Positions 29,101 through 38,524 of a stretch of DNA of 57,516 bases are shown piece by piece. The stretch covers positions 1 to 57,516 of the IMG/VR virus record IMGVR_UViG_3300025061_000001; one strand, written 5' to 3'. The notes under the pieces are model-generated. The model worked only from the letters and a program-made list of their open reading frames with translations. It did not search any database and was not told the origin of the DNA. The first letter of the stretch is position 1, and every line of letters begins with the position of its first letter. The translations under genes and the position numbers were made by a program. This stretch comes from a virus. Lineage: Duplodnaviria; Caudoviricetes.

Positions 29101-31578
29101 GTCTACCTGTAACTGAGCTTGGTTAAACAATTCATCTGCGTACTTGTAGGCGCGTACAGTAACAACACCATTACTAGGATCTACTTCAACAGCCGCATCT
29201 ATTAAACGTCTATCCTCTTCAACACGCTGCCTTAGAACCTCACGGCTTGCTGTGGTTTGCGCCAAAGCGGTAAGAAGCTCAAGCTCGCTTTGTTCAGAGT
29301 CATAGTCGTTCATGTTAACGCGGAAGGTAAAATCATCTAGATCAGTTTCTATACGGTCGACATTAAGTTTAATTTCATCCGCGTCTAGCTCAATATTGTC
29401 AATTTTTTCACTTAACACAACATCTTGAGCTAATAAGTCGCTAGTGACCACACCTAAATTATCAATAGCGTCTTGCGCGTTGTCGATACGCTGCTTTACA
29501 GGGTCTAGGAACGGGTCTAGCAGGCCAGACTCTTGGGTTGTTTTAGTAACCTTAGCAAACCAGCCGGACTCACCGTATGCGTTAACAGTACGAGCGTACA
29601 AGCGATAGTCGGTGTCAGGTAATAACCCTGTCGCTGTGTAGTTTGTGCCCCTAGCACGAGCCTGTGGTGTGTGCTCAGTGTCGCTAGCTAAAGCAATGTC
29701 GAATTCAAACTGCGTACCCAAAGGGATAAACCCGCTGTTAAATGTAGGCTCAGCTTCAATTGACCAGTTGCTCGGGGTTAAAATAATGTCGCTAGGTATA
29801 ACCGGAGCGTCTAAGTACATATCATATACAGCAGGAGGTGACAACGTGTTAAGCGTACTCTTAGCGAAAACGCTAACAAGGTAATTCCCAGCGTCTAATA
29901 GTGGGATTACAAAGCTAGCTGACAGCGTATTAGCGTCTAGAACAGTATCTTCACCGCTAGTAATAAGCACACGGAAACCACGCACAAAAGCATCAGCTTC
30001 ATGATTCCATGTGAGCGTACCCGTATTAGCTAAAGTTGGGTCAGGTTTAAAGACAAGGTTTTCGGGCGCGTCTATATTGGTAGGATCGCCTAAATAAGTT
30101 CCACCAATGCGCTCCTGATAGGTTTTACTTTGCCATGGGTAAATTGTATTGTTATGAAGTATACCCGTAATATCTATTAAGCCGTCTTCGCGATAACCAA
30201 CCTTTGAAATTCTGTACTCGCGTGCAGTCCAGCCGCGTATTTCGTCCTCAATGCTAAATACGTCACCTACGTCAAGCTCAGCAGCTTCCAACGTACCTGT
30301 AAACTGAATCTGCTCACCGTTGCGGCTAGCTTTTACCGCTACTTCAGCAAGCTGTAACGCTTCGGCAGTATATACACAATGCTCAACGGTAATTGTATGT
30401 TCCAGCTTAAGGAAGTTGTCAGCTTCAAGCCATTCTTGGTATAACGGGTCGTCATTAGCGGGGTAAAACACCTCATCAAATTCGTACTTATTGAGCTTGT
30501 TAGGAAAGCGCACTATAACTCGGTTATAAAAATCGGAAGTGTCAGGTTGAGTGCGTGTAATATTAGTAACCGTGTTATTCCTGTTAAAATGGAATATAGG
30601 TTGTGCAACGTCCTCACTTGCAATTGCCAAGCGACCGTCAGGCTCAGGAAAATACCCACGGAACGATTCTGCCATTTCCTTAAGGTTAGCGAAAACCTCT
30701 TCGTCCGTGTCTATGATGGTATTGTTGGTAAACAGCTTAAACTTCTGAACAGTCGTAACAGTGCCAAGCTCAACCCATTGTTTAGTTTCTTCGTCAAAAT
30801 ACCCGCGACTTGTGGTCACAGTATTGCCGTCTTTCTCCGTGTCACAAAGGTTAGCGACTTGGGTAAAATACTCGTAATTGATATCTTCGTCTTTAAGTCC
30901 TACGGAGTAGATTTCGCTTTTAGCATAATCAACCATATGAACAGCAGGGTTTTCCGAATAGCCCACTGTGTCTGTACGCCAGTCGTAACAACGCTTACCG
31001 CGAATACGAGCAGTGATTTCAGGCTCACCCCGCCAAACACTTTGGTTCTTATCCTGTTCAAAACTAATAATTGCACAGCACAAGCCTTCGTATTTACTGG
31101 TATCTACGTTAAACTTGTTGAACAGGTCTGTACCTTCCATGGCCACATTATTATCTTCGCCGCCTAACCTGTAATCGATAGCAAACCATTTTTCACCGTT
31201 ATCTTTCGCGTAGCGTTTGTCCGTACTAGGTATATCGTTGAAGTAAAATTCTTCAATTGCATCTACCTCACCATGGCAGAATACAACCAAATAGCTAAGA
31301 ATGCCGTTCTTATTTCCGTTTTTAAGATTAATTGGTATACCTAGTATGTCGAACTTAAGAGCACCGTCTACGACATTTTTGTCTACTACTATGCCACCGA
31401 CGATGCGCGTGCCGTATACAACGGGTATGGACTTGTTACTCCCAATACGCTGAAGTTTTAAGCCCTGCTTTTTAGGCATGTCGGGCTGCATCCAGCTCTT
31501 AAGAAGCTTACTTATCGGCTTTACTATTACCCCTAATAAGGATGTAAAAGGCTTTGTTATCTTACTAAGGAATCCCAT
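26122..31578 (-). CDS. Tail tip / central fibre protein (lambda J-like)
   Basis: 1818 aa; IPVVYG, YSENPA, FN3-like segments, long coiled-coil repeats. Confidence 0.88.
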   Translation of the reverse strand: MGFLSKITKPFTSLLGVIVKPISKLLKSWMQPDMPKKQGLKLQRIGSNKSIPVVYGTRIVGGIVVDKNVVDGALKFDILGIPINLKNGNKNGILSYLVVFCHGEVDAIEEFYFNDIPSTDKRYAKDNGEKWFAIDYRLGGEDNNVAMEGTDLFNKFNVDTSKYEGLCCAIISFEQDKNQSVWRGEPEITARIRGKRCYDWRTDTVGYSENPAVHMVDYAKSEIYSVGLKDEDINYEYFTQVANLCDTEKDGNTVTTSRGYFDEETKQWVELGTVTTVQKFKLFTNNTIIDTDEEVFANLKEMAESFRGYFPEPDGRLAIASEDVAQPIFHFNRNNTVTNITRTQPDTSDFYNRVIVRFPNKLNKYEFDEVFYPANDDPLYQEWLEADNFLKLEHTITVEHCVYTAEALQLAEVAVKASRNGEQIQFTGTLEAAELDVGDVFSIEDEIRGWTAREYRISKVGYREDGLIDITGILHNNTIYPWQSKTYQERIGGTYLGDPTNIDAPENLVFKPDPTLANTGTLTWNHEADAFVRGFRVLITSGEDTVLDANTLSASFVIPLLDAGNYLVSVFAKSTLNTLSPPAVYDMYLDAPVIPSDIILTPSNWSIEAEPTFNSGFIPLGTQFEFDIALASDTEHTPQARARGTNYTATGLLPDTDYRLYARTVNAYGESGWFAKVTKTTQESGLLDPFLDPVKQRIDNAQDAIDNLGVVTSDLLAQDVVLSEKIDNIELDADEIKLNVDRIETDLDDFTFRVNMNDYDSEQSELELLTALAQTTASREVLRQRVEEDRRLIDAAVEVDPSNGVVTVRAYKYADELFNQAQLQVDGANARITANVESIGLLDDELKVLSAELALVPGQINAIATSIVSESIAALEPAYSFNFFDNAQGWVAVNGTLTATPNQISLLTGDIENTSLNYEASDNNAFRITIERTGGTGWKGDAIITRSDNTTETFAGIIEDIPQGGEIVRTVDFRGISRYNGTITGVRIVLGETTDDTFTVKSIVIGKPDAATLELENITARVTKAELDINANSASITQKVNVTDYEANTVTFSNVETTVNGLDSIIDLEATRNEIISNGTVAKANQAGVEINALDGRVTTLASTVSQNQQDNEAEFTAVKSEIDTIEGTVTSRTFDLLTEWDEREETDFSTLFGEIDFTSEKAKELLRNANFADAISQLKTDVSPQGALAQSITELEAVVIRNGQSIVSNAQQIIQVKSDIEGNTAAISQTALDVSKLEDELAASLTRLDKVELDAENNAQAVSSVTAKVDNANTGLSAAFTLAQQAKSQSDGNSSSITTIENDVSSLSGDVTAASQLAQSAKTEASGNTSALNSLTNRVTNTEQGVTAANSLAQSAKNEASGNTSAVNELQAKVDNPSTGLSATATIAQQAKTNSNNNHTAITNIQSEINDPDTGLSATATLAQQAKSEASGNTSSVNQLTAKVNNSTTGLSATNTLAQQAKNQANGNTSSISSLTSRVEDNEQFASAQLTLNAQYNSELDELIGRAFLGVDSNGRVTGISINGGSATSTIDLLASKVRFINPDNGQVGLQWSNTLKELTFDGHLNGASGTFTGNLTAAGGTFKGTLLAAGGTFTGELRAATGTFEGNLTAANGTLDTIELTGDGYIKTGPANSSNARVFLYGPASTSPYSVWIGRGSVTAENALFFIKKDGTGYIKNSFFQGGFIESKVASGTTSTSLTHKSAGKDVQVTVFSSGSSTTIAQNAPGPVGTSVYTRTLTIKRGSTTLRTEAVNITRVIEYEPAEREYTTRDFYNFSTDLVDTGTANTSYTYTATIGAMPLSGANQSITLKTFENILG

Positions 31579-32126
31579 TACTCACCGCCCCATACTTTAT
31601 CTAATTCTAAGTCTTTCGCATTAATGAAGCTTGTCGTATTTGGGTAAAAACGAGCGAAGCTGTTTTGTGTGGTGCGTATGCCACGTATTGTTTTCAGATA
31701 GCTTATCCAGTTTGTAAGCTCAACAGATATGGAAGCATCCTTATTGCCGTCCGAGTCAGACCAAGAAGTAATGATGAAGCTCTTAGAAACTAGCTCGCCA
31801 ATTACTTTATGTTCGTCGTCCAGAATTACCTCTTTAACTGTCACCTTGCGGTTCATTTGGTTTGCGTTACTAAAGAACGCCAACATTGTTGGGTCAGCGG
31901 CGGAAATTTCTATGGTGAAGCTGTCAATCTCTAGCTGTCTGCTATCAGTTTTAGACGGGATGTCAAGTAGTAACCCACTTGCAAGATAAGTGTTATGGTT
32001 ATATACAATGTCGTGCGCAGCACTGGTAAGACGTGTTGTGCCTTGCACTAAATTAAAACTAAGCAAAGAGACGATAGGCATACCGTCTGCTATTGCTTGC
32101 TTTATTTCAGGTGTGTAATTTTTCAT
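31578..32126 (-). CDS. Tail tip hub protein (DUF2163-like)
   Basis: Position between distal tail and tip genes. Confidence 0.65.
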   Translation of the reverse strand: MKNYTPEIKQAIADGMPIVSLLSFNLVQGTTRLTSAAHDIVYNHNTYLASGLLLDIPSKTDSRQLEIDSFTIEISAADPTMLAFFSNANQMNRKVTVKEVILDDEHKVIGELVSKSFIITSWSDSDGNKDASISVELTNWISYLKTIRGIRTTQNSFARFYPNTTSFINAKDLELDKVWGGE

Positions 32127-32686
32127 ATCCAGCGTTCTACAAGGTCAAGTTCAATTTCCATTAAGTTATCACCACCTGCAACTGAATACCGTTGGGGTCT
32201 GCCCTGCAAATAAAAGCTGAATTTCATACCGTTAAAAATTAAAACTTCCGAGTTTGTTACGTTTGCAACTAAGTTCGGAGCAAACTCAATTTTATTTTCA
32301 ACAATATCAGTCACTTGGTAAGCTTTATTATGCCCCATAAAAGTAAAAAAGTCACCTATCGTAATGTTTTCCGTTGACCCTAGAGCGACTTTGTATTGAC
32401 CCGTCGTAGCTGCTTCTGATGTAAACTTGTTACCCGATTCACTTTCGCTGTAAATAGGCAACGACATTTGTATCGTGTCGTTACTGCGCTGTATCGCGCT
32501 TAAACGCGCTATAACGGGTTTAAACTCCATAGCGTCCATTAGGGTTGACCGTACCCTAAAGTCGTAAGCTTGCCCCGTTAGCTTGCGTTGTAGCGGTATT
32601 AACGAGCGCGTCCTACTGGTAACATAAGCTTGGCGGTCAACAAGCTCCGCTTCTGCTATATGAAATTGCTCAGGTAATGTGGCCAT
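32123..32686 (-). CDS. Distal tail protein
   Basis: Follows the tape measure gene; GDFFTF..HNKAYQV motif. Confidence 0.65.
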   Translation of the reverse strand: MATLPEQFHIAEAELVDRQAYVTSRTRSLIPLQRKLTGQAYDFRVRSTLMDAMEFKPVIARLSAIQRSNDTIQMSLPIYSESESGNKFTSEAATTGQYKVALGSTENITIGDFFTFMGHNKAYQVTDIVENKIEFAPNLVANVTNSEVLIFNGMKFSFYLQGRPQRYSVAGGDNLMEIELDLVERWI

Positions 32687-35046
32687 TAAAATGATTCTCC
32701 CATTCTACGCTTCGCATCCGATACAACCCTAACAATAAGATCCCTGTTAGCTAGTATCAGTTGCTCAGGTGATTCGTACAAACCCTGAACAGTTAAGTTA
32801 AGGTCAGTTTTTTCATATACAGTCTTTGTTCCACCGTCATTAGCAGCGTCTTGACCACGTATAGCGTCCATTGTTTGCTTGCGACCCATAACCTGTGCGG
32901 GCCCGCTCACCAGTTCAGGGCCAAACTCACCAACCAAGCCCACAGAGCCCGCTGGTATTTGTCCGCCTTGGTCATATGCACCACTAAAATTCGTACTCTG
33001 TATGGTACTTAAAACCCCCGCTGTGGCTGTTATTACCGAGCCTATGGCTGGTATATTAGCTGGGAACGGGAGCGCGGCTGCGTTAGCTATACCCGTTTGT
33101 ATAGCCATTATAGATTCAGCAATTGAGAAAGCCTTGCTTACCGCGAACATTGCTTTGTATGTGTCGCTTTGTTCGTCACCGAATGTCTTAGCTAAACCAG
33201 CAAGACTACCAAATAAATCTGACGTAGCCCCTAGCGTATTTTGCATCTTAGCGTCTTCTAACGCCTTAATTCGCTCGTTACGTTCAGCAGTAAGCTTTTC
33301 TTCAAGTTCTGTACGCTGCTCTTCGGTGAGCTGCGTATTATTTAGAATAAGCTCTCTACGTGCTTCCCATTCTTCGTTAATACGCTCAAGCTCGTCTTCA
33401 AAGCTATCGCTTTCACCAAACTCACCAAGAGCTTCCTCCGCAAACTTTTCGTCCAAGCGCTGCTTAAGCTCTTGTTGCTGTTTGGAGCCTTCTTCCGTGT
33501 TGTCAAGAATTATTTTTAAGCGACGATCGTAACTTTCTTGGATTGCTTCTTCTTCAGTGCGCAAAGACTTAATTACACTTTCCAAGTCTTTATTAACCGC
33601 TACGGGTTCTTCTTCTCCGCTGTCACCGCTACCGCTAGACTTAAACCCCGCTGTTTTGTCACCCTCAGCGTTACGACGAGCTTCACGTTCCTTCTCGTAA
33701 GTTTCGCGTAATTTGTCAGCCGCGTTAATCTTTTCTTCGGTTGTTTTAATAACCGCGTCACGCTCTTTAAATAGATTGGTAAGTGCGTCACGTCTTTGCT
33801 GTGTTTGCTCATCAGCAGCAGCCTTGGCAGCTTTTAAACGACCCTCAGTGCTGTCCTTGAACTTCTGGTCGATACGTGCTAACTCTGCGTCTAGGTCAAA
33901 GGCGCTGTCGCTAAACGGGTCAATTGCTTCACCGATAGCTTTGCCGTATGCTTTAGCTTTGGTTACAAGCTTGTCAAACGATGCAATGAAGTATTCGACC
34001 GCGTATTCACCGTATATTTTACCGTACTGAGCAATAGAGCTTAACTCTACACCAATCAGCTTAACATACGTCTTAATATTGAGCGGGAGGTACTTGAACA
34101 CATCGATAATATAATCAATAGCATCACTCCCATACTGCTTCCATTCGTCCGGCACTTGTGACCACAAATCAGTAATAAAACTAAGCGTGTCCGCTACACC
34201 CGCGCCCATAGACTCAAACTGCGTAGTCCATGCGTCAAAATAAGCGCCTAACTGTTCGCTTTTAATAAGGTCAGTTATTTCCTGTATAGCATCTGTGGCG
34301 AGACGCACACCGCTTTCAATTGTTGAACCAATTCCAGTGTTTGAAATGGTAAGGAACATTGCGTCCCAGCTATCACCGAGGTTTGATATTGCACCGTCGA
34401 GCGTTTTCATACGCTCAGACATTGCGCCAGCGAAGTTGTTTTCCCCTAACTTGATAAGGTACTCTTCAATTTCAGCAGCGTTCATTTTAACGGTTTCGGT
34501 TACACCTTTAAAAGTGAACTTAACCTCATCACCCTGTCTGCTTGAACGAATACCAAACTCTTTAAGACGCTCGAACTCACCCGTTGCAGCATCTGCAACA
34601 GCTTCAACCATTTGGTTCAGGTCTTTACCCATCGCAGACGCTGTATCACCATAACTTATCATGGCGCGTTGGCTAGGGGTTAAACCTAAGTTAACAAGCT
34701 TTGTGAATCCTTCAGTAGCTTGCTGAAGGTCGTAAGGGGTTTGAGTTGCGAAGTCTTGGATTGCTTCAAAAGCAATTGCCGCGTTTTCTGCACTACCTGT
34801 CGCTGTGATAAGCTGTGCATTAAGAACGTCAAATTCGCGTGTAACGTTAATGACCTTACTTAACGTACCAACAGCAGCAGCAGCCGCGGCAGCAGGGCCA
34901 GCGAAACGAGCGAACGTAGATATTAACCCGTTAGTGGCCTTTTCTGTTTTTACACCTTGATCGCCTAAGCCTTTAAGTCTTTTCTCGGCTAACGAAGCTT
35001 CTATGCTATTGACTCTAATACTTAAACGTGCTATGTCTTCAGCCAT
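32686..35046 (-). CDS. Tape measure protein
   Basis: FATQTPYDL, DAATGEFERLKEFGI, GLVGEFGPELV; helical, follows the chaperone genes. Confidence 0.92.
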   Translation of the reverse strand: MAEDIARLSIRVNSIEASLAEKRLKGLGDQGVKTEKATNGLISTFARFAGPAAAAAAAVGTLSKVINVTREFDVLNAQLITATGSAENAAIAFEAIQDFATQTPYDLQQATEGFTKLVNLGLTPSQRAMISYGDTASAMGKDLNQMVEAVADAATGEFERLKEFGIRSSRQGDEVKFTFKGVTETVKMNAAEIEEYLIKLGENNFAGAMSERMKTLDGAISNLGDSWDAMFLTISNTGIGSTIESGVRLATDAIQEITDLIKSEQLGAYFDAWTTQFESMGAGVADTLSFITDLWSQVPDEWKQYGSDAIDYIIDVFKYLPLNIKTYVKLIGVELSSIAQYGKIYGEYAVEYFIASFDKLVTKAKAYGKAIGEAIDPFSDSAFDLDAELARIDQKFKDSTEGRLKAAKAAADEQTQQRRDALTNLFKERDAVIKTTEEKINAADKLRETYEKEREARRNAEGDKTAGFKSSGSGDSGEEEPVAVNKDLESVIKSLRTEEEAIQESYDRRLKIILDNTEEGSKQQQELKQRLDEKFAEEALGEFGESDSFEDELERINEEWEARRELILNNTQLTEEQRTELEEKLTAERNERIKALEDAKMQNTLGATSDLFGSLAGLAKTFGDEQSDTYKAMFAVSKAFSIAESIMAIQTGIANAAALPFPANIPAIGSVITATAGVLSTIQSTNFSGAYDQGGQIPAGSVGLVGEFGPELVSGPAQVMGRKQTMDAIRGQDAANDGGTKTVYEKTDLNLTVQGLYESPEQLILANRDLIVRVVSDAKRRMGESF

Positions 35047-35380
35047 TGTCGTACACCTGTTTCCAGTAAATTCTATCTAATGTCTTTATTATGTTCACTT
35101 CCCAGTGAGCCAAGTTGACGCAAGCTAATTCAGACCAATTTTTTATTTCGGTAAATGTAAGCTGTTCAGAACCTCGAACTTCTACGTACCAGTCGACCAA
35201 ATAACGCCAATCGGGGTCTAACTTCGGTTGATCTTTTAGCATTTGTGGCATCTTGCCAGTCTGCTTTTTTACCTGTAATAAGTGATCACGTAAAGGTGTT
35301 TTAGAGCCTTTCGGCGGAAGCGAAAGTTTAATTTCAGACTTCCACCATTCATAAAGCTGCGTAGCCTTTAGCTGAAAAAA
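35039..35380 (-). CDS. Tail assembly chaperone GT extension, reached by -1 frameshift
   Basis: -1 frame is open from the slippery T TTT TTC (35380-35374) through the MPQMLK ORF to the stop at 35039. Confidence 0.75.
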   Translation of the reverse strand, partial: FFQLKATQLYEWWKSEIKLSLPPKGSKTPLRDHLLQVKKQTGKMPQMLKDQPKLDPDWRYLVDWYVEVRGSEQLTFTEIKNWSELACVNLAHWEVNIIKTLDRIYWKQVYDNG

Positions 35381-35727
35381 GCTTTACGGTTCGCTGCAAA
35401 TTTGTTAATTTCATCAGCAATCTGTGGCGCTTCACGTAGGAAGTTGACCACATTAGTTTCCGTACATTCTTGATCGAAAGTCCAATCTACGACCAAACTG
35501 GCAATCAGTTTGTATTGTAGGTCTTCAATTGCTTTGCGTCTTTCCTCATCGTCTTCCAAAGCAGCTAGCTCAACAGCTATCTTCTTAGACTCATTTTCCT
35601 TGGTTTTGAACTTGTCGCTGTCTACCCCAAGGACGCGAATCTTGTGTTCGCTTTCCTCGCCGTTGGGTAGAAATAACGGAAGTTCTTTACCTTCGTTAGC
35701 AAGCTGACGGGTGAAAAATTCTTGCAT
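35368..35727 (-). CDS. Tail assembly chaperone G
   Basis: 119 aa between tail tube and tape measure genes, ends KAFFS. Confidence 0.8.
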   Translation of the reverse strand: MQEFFTRQLANEGKELPLFLPNGEESEHKIRVLGVDSDKFKTKENESKKIAVELAALEDDEERRKAIEDLQYKLIASLVVDWTFDQECTETNVVNFLREAPQIADEINKFAANRKAFFS

Positions 35728-35738
35728 TATCTTATTCC

Positions 35739-36680
35739 TTATGGTGTGTTAGGTGTACGTTGAATTACAATGTTTGTTTTAGTTGAGCTAGCGTCAAGCA
35801 TAGCTTGGAAAGGCATAGCTAACGTAATCGGGCCTTCACCTGTTACATCAGGTTGACCGCCCGTATATATGATACGCGGTATATTGTAAGTCTGCTGATT
35901 ACCCTCAGTGTCGAACAAGTTAAGCACAAGCGAGCTTTCTTCTTCGTTAACAAACTTTTCAACAAGCGAACTATCTTCGAAAAACGCTGTCATGTTACCA
36001 GTTAGGTTTGAACGACCAATTGAAGGTGCAATTGAGTTTTTAGAACCAACTACGAAACGAGCTGCCACACTGTTTTGAAGCGTAAGCGTAATCTCGGTTA
36101 CAACAGCCAGTGGATTTCCACCTTCTTCAAGTGAACCTGTAAAGGTGTCTAAAGGCTTAGTTGTGGTCGGCTCGACAGGTGTTATCGTACCAAGCGCACT
36201 AAGATCACTTGCTAATTCCTGCGACTGACCGAAAACCGTAAGCGTTCCCGTAATCATAGCGTTAGCGGTAATTGTAAGCTGAAGCTGAGTAAATTCACAT
36301 CCGCGATAAATATAGTAAGGTTTTTGACTCGGGCTTAAGTCTTCAAACTTACGAATTAATGTAAAGGAATGACGTTCCACGCCTCCTTTGATTTCTTCAG
36401 GGTTGCCTGTCCAATCTGGTGAACAAAGAACTCCCTTAAACCATTCATCAAAAGTATCGTAACTAAGTTCGAAGTTTACGTCTCCGCCAACTTGGTTTGC
36501 ACCTAAGCGAAAGTCAGCGATTTGACGATCAGAACGAATTTCGTTAGACTGTAAAGAATCCTTAGCCAATCCCAATGTTGTCCCCGTAATACGCATAGTT
36601 TGAAGCGTAGGGTTAGAAGGGGTATTACCTCGGACGGACTCTTCAACTGAATAGAGTGTATGTCTGCTACCGTCAGCCAT
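35739..36680 (-). CDS. Major tail tube protein
   Basis: SNEIRSDRQ, GGDVNFELSY motifs; synteny. Confidence 0.85.
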   Translation of the reverse strand: MADGSRHTLYSVEESVRGNTPSNPTLQTMRITGTTLGLAKDSLQSNEIRSDRQIADFRLGANQVGGDVNFELSYDTFDEWFKGVLCSPDWTGNPEEIKGGVERHSFTLIRKFEDLSPSQKPYYIYRGCEFTQLQLTITANAMITGTLTVFGQSQELASDLSALGTITPVEPTTTKPLDTFTGSLEEGGNPLAVVTEITLTLQNSVAARFVVGSKNSIAPSIGRSNLTGNMTAFFEDSSLVEKFVNEEESSLVLNLFDTEGNQQTYNIPRIIYTGGQPDVTGEGPITLAMPFQAMLDASSTKTNIVIQRTPNTP

Positions 36681-36682
36681 GT

Positions 36683-37099
36683 TTAGCTCCTAAAAGTTCT
36701 TGAGTAATAATTAATTGATACGGATCGCCTAGCATACCCGTCAACATAGCGCAAAGGGCTCACAGAGGCGCTTGTAACTTTAGCACTTTCGCCCCCGAAC
36801 TGCAAAGCTTTTCCTGCTGTGTAAAACGTGCATATTGTGTCGATTAAATCCAGCATATTTTTAGTGCCGTTGCCTCGTATTTCATTAACATCAATTTGCA
36901 ATATGCCCGGATTGTTGTCTTCACCTTTCGAACCTAATGTGGCCACAGTAGTTTGCGCCGTTAGCACGCTTACCTTAACCCACAAATCGCCCTTCAAGTC
37001 AGAATCAAGTTCTGTGTTTGGAAATTCCACTTGAACAGGTAAAGCGAGCGCCCTTACGCTATCAAGCAATGCACGTTCAATTTTATAAAAAGCACTCAT
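36683..37099 (-). CDS. Tail terminator protein
   Basis: GILQIDV motif; directly upstream of tail tube gene. Confidence 0.7.
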   Translation of the reverse strand: MSAFYKIERALLDSVRALALPVQVEFPNTELDSDLKGDLWVKVSVLTAQTTVATLGSKGEDNNPGILQIDVNEIRGNGTKNMLDLIDTICTFYTAGKALQFGGESAKVTSASVSPLRYVDGYARRSVSINYYSRTFRS

Positions 37100-37503
37100 T
37101 TATTGAATTTCCTTACGTTATTAGCGACAATAGTTTCCCATCGTACGGTATTTACTCGCACCATGCCGTTCGGGGCTTTACCCGAATGCCCGTCATATTC
37201 AATTGGTATCGCGTAAGCTAAGTTATTAGAAAGGTATATAATGTCGTCTAGCTTTACACGCTTAAGAACTTCGTTAATACTGTTGTTTGTAGCTGCGCCC
37301 GTAGGCGCCCCTCTTTTTGTTGTTTCGGTGCTGTGCGATCCAATTGTTGCGAACCAGTTATTACGAAGGACACCCTTATCAACAGGTGTTTCAAGTACAA
37401 TAGCAGAGAATAGGTCATAAGCACTCATACGAATAACCTTATTCATTTTATCTACCGTCTTAGCGGTAAAGAAAGCAACGTCCCAACCGAACCCCCGACT
37501 CAT
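37096..37503 (-). CDS. HK97 gp10-like tail completion protein
   Basis: TPVDKGVLRNNW, NNLAYAIPIEYDGHSGKAPNGMVR. Confidence 0.8.
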   Translation of the reverse strand: MSRGFGWDVAFFTAKTVDKMNKVIRMSAYDLFSAIVLETPVDKGVLRNNWFATIGSHSTETTKRGAPTGAATNNSINEVLKRVKLDDIIYLSNNLAYAIPIEYDGHSGKAPNGMVRVNTVRWETIVANNVRKFNK

Positions 37504-37859
37504 CGTGTTACATCCAAAATATAAAGTAAGACAACATTAGCGGGCTTGATGGTTTGCGCTTTACTTAAGGGATATTCGTTACCCTCAAAGACAAGTCGCT
37601 CCCCTTCTTTTATATTAGCTTCAGCTTTTAAGATCACTTGCTTGCGATTACCCCAACTAGCTTCTTGGCCCACCGAGGGAATAGGTAGTTGAAAGCTTTG
37701 GTCAGCTACTAAACCTTGAACAGGTCGTTCGGTAGCAGGTGAAACGCTCATGTCTTCGTTATATCCGCCAGGCGTTTTGACCACATAAGTCGTTCCAAAT
37801 TCGTCAATGGTTTCGTTTATTTCTGGTAATAGTTCGTTATAGAAAGCATCGCTCGACAT
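37500..37859 (-). CDS. Head closure (stopper) protein
   Basis: Size and synteny in the neck module. Confidence 0.6.
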   Translation of the reverse strand: MSSDAFYNELLPEINETIDEFGTTYVVKTPGGYNEDMSVSPATERPVQGLVADQSFQLPIPSVGQEASWGNRKQVILKAEANIKEGERLVFEGNEYPLSKAQTIKPANVVLLYILDVTR

Positions 37860-37861
37860 GA

Positions 37862-38380
37862 TTAGTTCCTTATGACACGTGAACCAGAACTGCCTGTTAA
37901 GTACCCCTTAACAAAAGCGTCTGCTTTAGGATAAGAAGGGAACGAACCTTTTGCAGTAGGGTTAGCAAATTCTTTTTCAGTTGTGATAGGCCCTACCGTT
38001 ACCTTTTTCTTTGTAAGTGCTGCCTCGCTGCTAGGGGTATCGCTCATTAAAGGGGATTTAGTGCTTTGCATTGCGTATTCGCAAATTGCCTTTTTCCAGT
38101 TTAAAGGAATACCGCGTTGCAACCGATAATATCGATCATATAATCTTGAACGTGGGAATTGCAAAGCTTGCGTAGGGTTCAGCAAAGTGCCGCTTAAGCG
38201 ATTGCCCCACCGAACATCCGCATATTCGGTCGCATTCATTAACGCATTTTCTTTTGCTGTATCGTCCATTGCAGCCCAAGCGGTAAAGCCAGTTCTTACA
38301 AAGTAGCTGTCAGCAAAAGCAACGTCTATATAACTAGTGGCATCTGGAAGCCCTGTGCCGTCTTCTACTTTAAAAGTCAT
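37862..38380 (-). CDS. Head-tail adaptor (DnaT-like family)
   Basis: VEDGTGLPDATSY, QALQFPR, VGPITTE. Confidence 0.75.
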   Translation of the reverse strand: MTFKVEDGTGLPDATSYIDVAFADSYFVRTGFTAWAAMDDTAKENALMNATEYADVRWGNRLSGTLLNPTQALQFPRSRLYDRYYRLQRGIPLNWKKAICEYAMQSTKSPLMSDTPSSEAALTKKKVTVGPITTEKEFANPTAKGSFPSYPKADAFVKGYLTGSSGSRVIRN

Positions 38381-38444
38381 TGCTTTACTCTCTTATCAAA
38401 CCTGTGTTACAGGTTAACATAAAAGTCAACCAAAAGCTTGAGAA

Positions 38445-38483
38445 CATAAAAACCCCCTGTACGCAAGCGTAAGGGGGTTTATG
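38445..38483 (-). terminator. Intrinsic terminator
   Basis: AAACCCCCT...AGGGGGTTT stem with T tract on the - strand. Confidence 0.65.
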
Positions 38484-38524
38484 ACTTTAAAGCGGGTTAT
38501 ATGTTACAAAAACGCTTTTTGCGC

